A stretch of 43,189 nucleotides of DNA from Candidatus Hydrothermarchaeota archaeon (GTDB lineage Archaea > CAYFZR01), in the NCBI GenBank assembly GCA_046760505.1, contig JBHIEG010000016.1, positions 1 through 43,189 on the forward strand. Direction: 5' to 3'. A program made the position numbers and the translations under genes. A model generated the notes under the pieces. That model did not search any database and had not been told where the DNA came from. It worked only from the letters and a program-made list of their open reading frames with translations. Within the stretch, counting starts at the first letter, position 1; each line of letters begins with the position of its first letter. Of the stretch, positions 19,252 through 27,406 are shown in pieces.

Positions 19252-20727
19252 ATGGAAAGTAAAGATACGGCACATACTTCTGAGGAAAAACTGGAGAGGG
19301 TATCAACCGGCATACCGGGTTTAGACCAATCGATAGGTGGTGGCATTCCTCTCGGATTTATAACCATGGTCTCTGGAGAGCCCGGTACCGGAAAAACTAC
19401 TTTTGCCCTTCAATATGCTTTTCATCAGGCAAAAAAAGGAGAAAAGGTGCTCTACATAACTACTTCTGAATCAATCTCAAAATTGAGGAGACTTGCCAAG
19501 AGATTTGATTTTTACGATCCGAAACTTCTCAGAGAAAAAAAGATCATCTTTCACGATTACTCGATTTCGGAATACGTGGACGAACTAAGCAAGGTGGATG
19601 CCGCATCGTTCTTCAAGAATTTGGGCAAGACGATCAAAAGGGAGGGAATAAAACACCTGATCATTGATCCGGTAACCATACTGGGTCTGGTTTATGAAAG
19701 AGAAATCGATTTTAGAAGGAATATATTGCTGATAGAACCTATTATAGGTCAAATAGGATGTACCACCCTACTAACAGCAGAGATTCCAAAGGGAACTGAC
19801 CTTTATAGTAAGTACGGTATAAAAGAATATATTGTAGACGAAGTTTTAATTTTAAGAAAGGAACTGCTGGATGGGAGAATAGTAAGGCACATACAGCTTG
19901 AAAAGATGAGAGGAACAGAGATCAAGCAGCCAAGTTATCCTTACACTCTAAAGGACGGTTTCAGGTGTTTTGAACCATTTAAATACAGTCCTCCCGAGCA
20001 TCGCAGAGAGTGGGAGCCGGTACCGGATACGGAAAAACATTTCTCCACCGGAAGCGAGGACCTAGATAAAGTTCTTGGAGGCGGATACAGGCGAGGAGGA
20101 TTCGTTCTAATAGATGTGGGAGAAAACGTTCCTCCCGCAGGTTACAGGCTTTTTAACTATCTTCCACTGCTGAACTTTATCACCCAGGACAGGGGTGCAG
20201 CAATAATTACCGTAGGGGGCGCTGATGCAGAAGAAGTTAGGAAAAGGGCATCGATGTTCGTTAGCAGCGAGAGGTTTGACAAATATGTGAGAATAATTGA
20301 AAGAAAGATGCCTGATAAAGATCAAAATAAACCCTATATCGTGACCATAGACGGAGAATCCTTGGAAGAAGACAAGAAAAAGTGGTTAGAAGTTCAGTCT
20401 GAGCTCAGAGAGATGACAAAAGCACCTTTATATCTGCACTTTGGGTATGATGTGCTTGAATACCGCTACTGGGAGCAAGCCCTAGTGGAATTTACTAGCC
20501 AAATAGTCTCATTAGTTAAGGGACACGGGGACTTGGGCATTGCAGTCACTAAACCAGGTCTGGCATCAACACAAGAACTAGCAAACATGGCTACCATGCA
20601 CATCAAAATCATAGAAATAGACGGAAGCATTGCTTTTTACGGCATTCAGCCAAGAACAGGAGTATATCACATCAACATCGATGTATCGAGGGGCTTTCCT
20701 AAACTAAAACTTACGCCGATTGTCTGA
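19252..20727 (+). CDS. KaiC/RAD55-like ATPase with degenerate second domain (GvpD-like architecture)
   Basis: STGIPGLD, Walker A GEPGTGKT, Walker B LIID, KMRG; second repeat FSTGSEDLDKVLGGG lacks Walker A. Confidence 0.85.
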   Translation: MESKDTAHTSEEKLERVSTGIPGLDQSIGGGIPLGFITMVSGEPGTGKTTFALQYAFHQAKKGEKVLYITTSESISKLRRLAKRFDFYDPKLLREKKIIFHDYSISEYVDELSKVDAASFFKNLGKTIKREGIKHLIIDPVTILGLVYEREIDFRRNILLIEPIIGQIGCTTLLTAEIPKGTDLYSKYGIKEYIVDEVLILRKELLDGRIVRHIQLEKMRGTEIKQPSYPYTLKDGFRCFEPFKYSPPEHRREWEPVPDTEKHFSTGSEDLDKVLGGGYRRGGFVLIDVGENVPPAGYRLFNYLPLLNFITQDRGAAIITVGGADAEEVRKRASMFVSSERFDKYVRIIERKMPDKDQNKPYIVTIDGESLEEDKKKWLEVQSELREMTKAPLYLHFGYDVLEYRYWEQALVEFTSQIVSLVKGHGDLGIAVTKPGLASTQELANMATMHIKIIEIDGSIAFYGIQPRTGVYHINIDVSRGFPKLKLTPIV

Positions 20728-20765
20728 CCAAAGATTTTTAATTGCTTTATAAAATATTCTCAAAC

Positions 20766-21701
20766 ATGCTTGCAATTCAAACAGAAGGTCTATACAAGGA
20801 ATTTGTCACCGGATTTCTCTCCAAAGACAGAAAAATAGCGATTAGGGATATATCACTGGAAATTGATGGAGATGAAATATTTGGCATTTTGGGTCCGAAT
20901 GGAGCAGGAAAAACAACCTTCATATCCATAATCTCCACGATACTTACACCAGATCGCGGATATGCAAAGGTGTATGGAATAGACGTTGTAAAAGACGCAA
21001 AAAAGGTTAGATCCATCATAAACATGTCCAGCGGATACCCGAATTTTCCTTGGGCCCTTACCGTATACGAAAATCTCAGGTATTTCGCTATGTTATACGG
21101 GCTACACGGTAGCGAGGGAAGGAGGAGAATAGAAGAATGCATAAAACTCTTGGAATTGGAAGATTCAAGAGATGTGAGATTTGATAGACTTTCTACAGGC
21201 ATGAAACAGCGTCTTTCAATAGCCAAATCGCTGTTGAACAATCCTAAACTGCTTTTACTCGACGAACCCACCCTAGGACTTGATCCAGATATAGCAATTA
21301 AAACCAGAAAAATGATCAAAAAAATTCACGAAGATGGAGTATCGATACTGCTTGCCACGCACAACATGAAAGAAGCAGAGGAATTGTGTAGGGAGATAGT
21401 ATTCATAAAAAATGGTACCATCAGGGCAATGGGTTCACCAAAAGAACTAAAAAAAATGATCAAAACCGGAGACCAAATAACCATTAAGTTTGATGGACCT
21501 TTCGATCCGAAGATTTTTCAGGAAATAGTGGGCATATACCATATCAGTCATTCGAAGAAATCACTGAAACTTGTCGTTGATGATGTTGAGACTGTTTTAA
21601 ATCAGATAATTTCCAAGTTAATTGAAAAAAACATTAAAATCAAGGATTTAAAGATTTCTGAACCAGATCTGGAGGATGTTTTTGTTGGACTACTTGAATA
21701 G
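20766..21701 (+). CDS. ABC transporter ATP-binding protein (DrrA/ABC-2 type)
   Basis: GPNGAGKTT, LSTGMKQR, LLLDEPT.GLDP, TH, LEDVF. Confidence 0.93.
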   Translation: MLAIQTEGLYKEFVTGFLSKDRKIAIRDISLEIDGDEIFGILGPNGAGKTTFISIISTILTPDRGYAKVYGIDVVKDAKKVRSIINMSSGYPNFPWALTVYENLRYFAMLYGLHGSEGRRRIEECIKLLELEDSRDVRFDRLSTGMKQRLSIAKSLLNNPKLLLLDEPTLGLDPDIAIKTRKMIKKIHEDGVSILLATHNMKEAEELCREIVFIKNGTIRAMGSPKELKKMIKTGDQITIKFDGPFDPKIFQEIVGIYHISHSKKSLKLVVDDVETVLNQIISKLIEKNIKIKDLKISEPDLEDVFVGLLE

Positions 21702-22482
21702 ATCTTTCACCCATTTCAACGCATTTCTGTACAAGAACTGGATTATGGCGAGAAGGAACTTTTTTACGATATTTGAAATGATGTTCTGGCCTTTCTATGC
21801 CCTGATATCTATAGGTTTAATGACGCTTTTCCTGGAGTTGTCCCCGGAGAAAGTTGCATTTGTATTGATAGGAACCATTGCGCTGAGTACAATTCAAATC
21901 TGTCAGATAGATATAGCATACGTTTTATTGCTAGACGTATGGAGTAAGAGCATAAAACAAACCCTGTTAGCACCTGTAGATGCTTTACATCTTTCCCTTG
22001 GCGGCTGGTTTGTCGGCGTCATTCGCGGATTATTGGTTTTTGTTTTTTTGAGCCTTTTCAGTTACTTTGCCTTTGGATTCGACTTTTTGAGACCGGGAAT
22101 ATTAAGATTGACCATATTTCTTTTTGGTTTATTCATTATGGGTGCTATTGTTGGCAATATTGTTTGCATACTCCTTCTCTTGTTTGGACAGCGTGCAGAA
22201 GTAGCGGCATGGTCCTTGGCTGGTTTGTTCATGCTAATATGCGGGATATATTATCCGTCTTCCATCCTTCCTGCTCCATTGTTCTACCTCTCCCAACTTA
22301 TTCCTCTTACTTATTTTCTCGACTATTTTAGGGTTTTTTATGGAATTGGAAAAGTTATTCCCTTTCATATCCTAAAAGGCTATTTTTTACTCGTGGTATA
22401 TTTTGCCGGGAGCATCCTGGGGTATGAACTTTGCTTGAGAAAGGCAAAAAGGTCAGGCATGCTTCTGAGATTGTCGGAGTGA
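21676..22482 (+). CDS. ABC-2 type transporter permease
   Basis: About six TM helices; GIYYP...LP and PLTY motifs; coupled to the ATPase gene. Confidence 0.9.
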   Translation: MFLLDYLNRSFTHFNAFLYKNWIMARRNFFTIFEMMFWPFYALISIGLMTLFLELSPEKVAFVLIGTIALSTIQICQIDIAYVLLLDVWSKSIKQTLLAPVDALHLSLGGWFVGVIRGLLVFVFLSLFSYFAFGFDFLRPGILRLTIFLFGLFIMGAIVGNIVCILLLLFGQRAEVAAWSLAGLFMLICGIYYPSSILPAPLFYLSQLIPLTYFLDYFRVFYGIGKVIPFHILKGYFLLVVYFAGSILGYELCLRKAKRSGMLLRLSE

Positions 22483-22595
22483 TTGAAATACGAAATTTTT
22501 CTCAAGCGATATTTCGAAATGCGAATCCAACCAATTCTCTCTTATATAATATAAGACGAATAATTAATGAACAAGCAAAGTGTGAGAGGGATGGG

Positions 22596-22925
22596 ATGAT
22601 CGAACTCTCAGATATACTTATAGCATCCAGATTTTCAGGCCTGCTGAAGGTTGTAAACAGCAAAGAAGTGGGCTATCTCGTAATAAGGGGAGACAAGGTG
22701 AAAGCAGCCTATGCCATTCTAGGAGGCGAACTTCACCTTGGCTACGATGCAATCGATATCATCATTTCAATGCTTAAGTGCGATGATGCTAAACTATCGC
22801 TCACACCTCTATCATGCGAAGAGGTGGGCAGATTTGAAGATATGTTCAAAGAAGGATCTTACGACCTGAACATCGAGGAAATTGCGAGCTGGAGAGAGGA
22901 ATTCTTTTCGAAAATAGGCATATAG
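22596..22925 (+). CDS. Hypothetical protein, DUF2226-like
   Basis: FSGLLKV...GYLVIRG..V.AAY.....G.DAI pattern; ATG 22596 after GAGGG. Confidence 0.5.
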   Translation: MIELSDILIASRFSGLLKVVNSKEVGYLVIRGDKVKAAYAILGGELHLGYDAIDIIISMLKCDDAKLSLTPLSCEEVGRFEDMFKEGSYDLNIEEIASWREEFFSKIGI

Positions 22926-22934
22926 TCTTCATCT

Positions 22935-24836
22935 CTACATTCCTAGTTTTTTTCGATTTTTCTCTATATAGCTTAAAATTGCGTCCACCGCTTTAATAGG
23001 ATCTTTTTCAACATTTAAAATTCCACCCGTTAACTCTTTACATTCTTCTGAAAGCAATTTAACAAGATTAGGTGCTCCTGTGACGGTTGGAACAGGATTG
23101 ACATATGTATAGAGACCTAATGCCAAAGCAAATACAGCATCAATGGTGGCTTTTTGCTCCATGTACTCTGGGGCTACCGCGGCTACTGGAAGATCTGGAA
23201 TAGGGACTTCCAGTGCTTTCGATAAAGCGAACAATAAGTCTGCAAGTCTTCCAGTATCAGTACAGGTACCATAGCTGAGAACTGGTGGAATTTTTAGGTT
23301 TTCACAGATTTCTTTAAGACCTTCGCCCGCTAATTCTTTAGCCTCTGGACTACACAGGCCTGCGACTTGCATTGCTCCATTCCCACATCCAAGCGAAAGA
23401 ACAAGAACATCTCGTTTGATAAGTTCCTTTGCCATTCTAATCGTATGCACGTCCTGACCTGAGTCTCTTAGAGTAGAGCATGAAACAAGACCTACAACTC
23501 CTTTTATTTTACCGTCTCTTATTGCATTTAAGAGAGGATCTATCGAGCCGCCTAGAACTTTTAGTATACTCTCTGTGGAGAATCCAACCAGTGCCTCTCT
23601 CTTCGGCAACTTGGTAACAGCCTTAACCGATTTTCTTCGCTCTTTGAAATTATCTATTGCCATGTTCAGAAGTTTTGAAGCCTGTTCCTCTGCTTTTTCA
23701 GGCTCATAATCAACTCTTTCTTCAATACCCTCAAATGAAACCAGTTCGCTTACTGGGAGGAGTTTAAACTTGTATCTCTCTGCATACAAAGGATCGATTT
23801 GCATTGAACAGTTCATATCGCATGCGAAAAGATCAACGCATCCGCTTGCCAGAACCGCTTCCTGAGCGATCCAGTTTCCCGTGAAACCATAGAATACATC
23901 ATCCATTTCCCACCTTTGGATCATTTCCTGACCTGTCTCTATGTTTGCAACAATTCTCAGACCTTTGGCTCCAGCAGCCTTTGCTATTTCCTGCCATTCT
24001 TTTCTTCTGGCTAGTTTTACCATTGCAAAGCCCAGAAAAGGTTCATGACCGTTTGGAAGTACGTTTACATATTCTGGATCAAGAACTCCCAAGTCAACAC
24101 GCATTGAATGGGGTCTCGGTATTCCAAAAAGAATATCTTGACAGTATTCATTGACTATCTGACTCTGATAAGCCATTGCTATGCCAAGGCGCATAGCCTT
24201 CAATGCCAAACTCATGTAGTTACCATCCACATTTGTAAGGCAAGAACTTGCTGAAAGAAGTATCTCGCCATAAATCCCTCCAGGGAAAATATTCAGTTTT
24301 TTCCAAACCTCTTTGCGTTCTTTTGGTGCTAATGCCTCTACAATAAGGCTTGGCTCATAGTATTTTCGGTTAAAATCTGATTCCACAAAATCACAAAGGC
24401 GAATGGCGATTTCCTTCACTGATCCAGATGTGTCTATACCCAGGCGCGCTGCGAAATCCTTCAGTTTATCATATTCTTTAATCTCGAAAGGTGTTTTACC
24501 CTTTGCAGTAGCTCGAAGGGTTCTTATGGTCTGATCTGTGTGGTAGAGATAGGTCGATGCGCCCATTATATTTCTTAGAAGCATCATTCTCATTGCCATG
24601 CCATCCGCGTTAATACCGCACACCCCTTTCTTGTCTTTATTAGCATCTGCACGGCATGGACCGTTGGAGCATAGGTCGCATCTCACTCCAGCCATGCAGA
24701 AAGGACATCTCCTATCAGGATCTCCTCCTAGACCTTGGGCTTCATACCGATCCCAGATATTGTCCATTTTGTCTTCTTTAATACGCTCATACACTCTTAG
24801 AACAGATTCATGGTAAGAAATTCTATCCTTTTCCAT
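22935..24836 (-). CDS. cooS: Ni-CODH/HCP superfamily protein, CooS-V-like (non-canonical C-cluster)
   Basis: CPFC (C-x2-C D site), C-x2-C-x4-C...C B cluster, NGHEP, NIETGQE instead of ICCTGNE, DMNC, VSC, LGCG, GTCTD, EQKA. Confidence 0.9.
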   Translation of the reverse strand: MEKDRISYHESVLRVYERIKEDKMDNIWDRYEAQGLGGDPDRRCPFCMAGVRCDLCSNGPCRADANKDKKGVCGINADGMAMRMMLLRNIMGASTYLYHTDQTIRTLRATAKGKTPFEIKEYDKLKDFAARLGIDTSGSVKEIAIRLCDFVESDFNRKYYEPSLIVEALAPKERKEVWKKLNIFPGGIYGEILLSASSCLTNVDGNYMSLALKAMRLGIAMAYQSQIVNEYCQDILFGIPRPHSMRVDLGVLDPEYVNVLPNGHEPFLGFAMVKLARRKEWQEIAKAAGAKGLRIVANIETGQEMIQRWEMDDVFYGFTGNWIAQEAVLASGCVDLFACDMNCSMQIDPLYAERYKFKLLPVSELVSFEGIEERVDYEPEKAEEQASKLLNMAIDNFKERRKSVKAVTKLPKREALVGFSTESILKVLGGSIDPLLNAIRDGKIKGVVGLVSCSTLRDSGQDVHTIRMAKELIKRDVLVLSLGCGNGAMQVAGLCSPEAKELAGEGLKEICENLKIPPVLSYGTCTDTGRLADLLFALSKALEVPIPDLPVAAVAPEYMEQKATIDAVFALALGLYTYVNPVPTVTGAPNLVKLLSEECKELTGGILNVEKDPIKAVDAILSYIEKNRKKLGM

Positions 24837-24959
24837 ATTTTAAACCCCCAGTCAATATTTCACAGTTTTGATAACTGCAGACTTAATTATTTCACTAAGG
24901 AAAAAATTGTCACAAACACAGATTAATACTTTCATTTGTTAATTACGGCTTTGGTGTCT

Positions 24960-25111
24960 ATGATGTCAAATATAACTTCGGTCGAAGAAGTTAGAGGGCA
25001 ATTTTCCATAACAATACCAAAGGCTATAGCTCTTGCATTGGATATTAAAAAAGGTTCTAAACTTGAAGGGAGTTAATACATGGAGAATTAGTAGTTAGGC
25101 TTTCTAAATAG
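24960..25111 (+). pseudogene. Frameshifted AbrB/SpoVT-family DNA-binding protein
   Basis: MMSNITSVEEVRGQFSITIPKAIALALDIKKGSKLE then premature stop at 25074-25076; adjacent frame continues ELIHGELVVRLSK*; one inserted base near 25068 restores KLE-x-ELIHGELVVR. Confidence 0.7.
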
Positions 25112-25177
25112 CCTCTTTGGAACACAAACTTTTGAAATTGACTACCAATTCAAAAAAATAAAATGAGTTAATTAATA

Positions 25178-25560
25178 CTAACATCGGATAATTGGCTCGA
25201 TCACAAAGTCCATTCTTAAAGCGCACCTTTCTCCCGATCTTATAGGTCTCTTAAATTCTATTCTTATTAAAGCATAGTCATCATAATTTTTAACCAATTT
25301 AATATCTACTTCATCTCCACAAGGGATGTATATATTTGTATAATCATCAAAAGAAGCATATTTACCTCGAATGTCATAATCAGCTCCTTCATATCCAAGA
25401 TTACTTCTGTTCTCTCTATCAAGAAAAGAATGATTATAAAAAACAAATTTTTCATGTTTAGTTTCTATATATCCATCTTTAAGAAAATATAAATCTTCAC
25501 CACAATGATTATATCAAACATTTTATTAGCGTCTTCTGCAATAAAAGCAAGAGTCGCCAA
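25178..25560 (-). pseudogene. Frameshifted AT-rich hypothetical gene remnant
   Basis: GAGGGG RBS and TTG (MATLAFIAEDANKMFD...) terminate early; an overlapping start-less frame of about 110 codons (…GEDLYFLKDGYIETKHEKF…ALRMDFVIEPIIRC*) runs to 25178. Confidence 0.5.
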
Positions 25561-25741
25561 TTTATTACCCCTCAAATTTCTCAGATTCTTAGATATTTAC
25601 TTTTTCTATATGAAAGTGCATCCAATAAAGCCCATTATGCCATAAGAATTAATGATGCTGGGCTTAACTTAAACTAGCTAAGAATTAAAATACAAAAATG
25701 AGTTAAAAATAAAGATAATTAAAAAATTGATGAAAAAATAC

Positions 25742-26923
25742 TTAACTTAGACCCATTGATTCTAAAACTATCTCAGATACATCTCTTACCTTTATATCTG
25801 AACCAGTCTTTTTAACTCCATCTGAGAGGTTCAACCTGCAGAAAGGGCAGCAACTTGCAATCAACTTTGCATCAACAGATATGGCGTCTTCTGCCCGAAT
25901 TTTTGCTAGTTCCATTGCCATTTCGCCGAATTGAGCCCTCATTCCTCCACCAGCGCCGCAGCATCTGGCAAGTTCTCTGTTCTTTTCCATTTCTACAAGT
26001 TCTAAACTTGGTATTGCTTTCAATATCTCTCTGGGCTCATCGTAAATTCCAAGATGCCTTGCCATATGACAGGGATCATGATATGTAACTTTCATGTCAA
26101 TTGGATCTTTAAGATTAACTCTTCCCTCCTCTATTAATTCTAAAATGTATTGCGATGTATGTTTTACTTCAACATCAAAATCTAGACCAAAATTATCTGC
26201 CCATCTGGGATAATCCAAGTAAAGAGTTCTGTAGCAGCCGGCGCAAGATGCAACTATTGTTTCTATTCCTCTATTTTTAAATTCATTTATGTTTTGGGTG
26301 ATTAAATCATATGCAATGTCGAGCTGACCCGTTCTTAGGAATGGAGATCCGCAGCACCATTCGTTTGCTGCCAAGAAATTAAAATCCATTCCAGCGGCAT
26401 GGAATACTTTTGCAGTGCTCTTTGCGAGATCAAGCATTCTATAAGAAGCGGTACAGCCAGCAAAATATAAAACACTGGAATTTTCATTTATCTTTATATT
26501 ATCAGGCATCCAGGCTCCTCTTTTGGCTGGATCTTCATTGTAAGGATTGTGTTTATCCTTTGCAGCGTCTTTTATTCTCAAATGATTTGGCATTGGTCCA
26601 AGTTTCAATCTCACCAGTTCAGATCTAAGTTCTTCCCAGAGTTCTATGGTAGGGATATTAACCTGACAGACTTCGTGACAGTATCCGCATCCGGTACACT
26701 GATATATCCGTTCAACCATTTTATCATCGAATTTAGCCTTTTTATTTAATACATTTTTAAGAAAGAACAATTTTCCCTTGGGGGTAGATGATTCCCACTT
26801 GTCCAGATCATACATGCAGCAAACAGGAACGCAGTACCCGCACTGTGCACAGGCGAAAGTTTCCCAAGACATCTCATCGGATAATTTTAATTTCAAACCT
26901 GCGTACCCTTTCATAGCATTCAT
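25742..26923 (-). CDS. HdrD/GlpC-like Fe-S oxidoreductase (2x[4Fe-4S] plus two CCG domains)
   Basis: CAQCGYCVPVC, CTGCGYCHEVC, YFAGC, WCCGS, SCAGC, YHDPCH, CCGAGGG, CCPFC. Confidence 0.9.
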   Translation of the reverse strand: MNAMKGYAGLKLKLSDEMSWETFACAQCGYCVPVCCMYDLDKWESSTPKGKLFFLKNVLNKKAKFDDKMVERIYQCTGCGYCHEVCQVNIPTIELWEELRSELVRLKLGPMPNHLRIKDAAKDKHNPYNEDPAKRGAWMPDNIKINENSSVLYFAGCTASYRMLDLAKSTAKVFHAAGMDFNFLAANEWCCGSPFLRTGQLDIAYDLITQNINEFKNRGIETIVASCAGCYRTLYLDYPRWADNFGLDFDVEVKHTSQYILELIEEGRVNLKDPIDMKVTYHDPCHMARHLGIYDEPREILKAIPSLELVEMEKNRELARCCGAGGGMRAQFGEMAMELAKIRAEDAISVDAKLIASCCPFCRLNLSDGVKKTGSDIKVRDVSEIVLESMGLS

Positions 26924-26972
26924 CTCTTTCTCTACCTTTCTATTTTATTTATTTAGTTTAGTGTTTATTTTA

Positions 26973-27344
26973 CTAGAACCACATTACTCCATCTACTTCG
27001 AGAGTAAGATCGTTTAAGGTAGCAGCGCCCACGATTATTGCTTCTTCAATGAAATCAGTATCTTTCATGTTTAGCAGATGTTTACTCTGCTCGCATACGT
27101 AAAATTTAACACCCATCTTTGCGGTTTGATCCATCACTTCTTTCAGAGTTGGAAAACTTCCAAGCTTTATCTTCTCTGCTTCTCCTTTTTTCAAAACAGT
27201 TAGACCCATACCCAAGAAATAAATTATTGGTTCCATGCCCATGGCCTTAGCGGTTTGTGCCAGTATAAACGGAGAATATAGTCTTTCTGGTGTGTTTACA
27301 CCGCTTGTTTGCACATACATTATCTTCTTTTTATGTTCAGGCAT
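26973..27344 (-). CDS. DsrE/DsrF-family protein (sulfur carrier / peroxiredoxin-like)
   Basis: PF..A..A.AMG.E..IYF...G...LKKG and GVKFYVCEQS with the conserved Cys. Confidence 0.85.
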   Translation of the reverse strand: MPEHKKKIMYVQTSGVNTPERLYSPFILAQTAKAMGMEPIIYFLGMGLTVLKKGEAEKIKLGSFPTLKEVMDQTAKMGVKFYVCEQSKHLLNMKDTDFIEEAIIVGAATLNDLTLEVDGVMWF

Positions 27345-27406
27345 AAATTATCACTCTCCTTTTTATTAAAAAATTTAAAAAATTGGAAACTGAGTTAAAT
27401 CTTTCT

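Noticed and set aside
19252-20727. Gas-vesicle cluster or true circadian KaiC
   Set aside because: No gvpA or other gvp genes, no kaiA/kaiB, and the second domain lacks Walker A.
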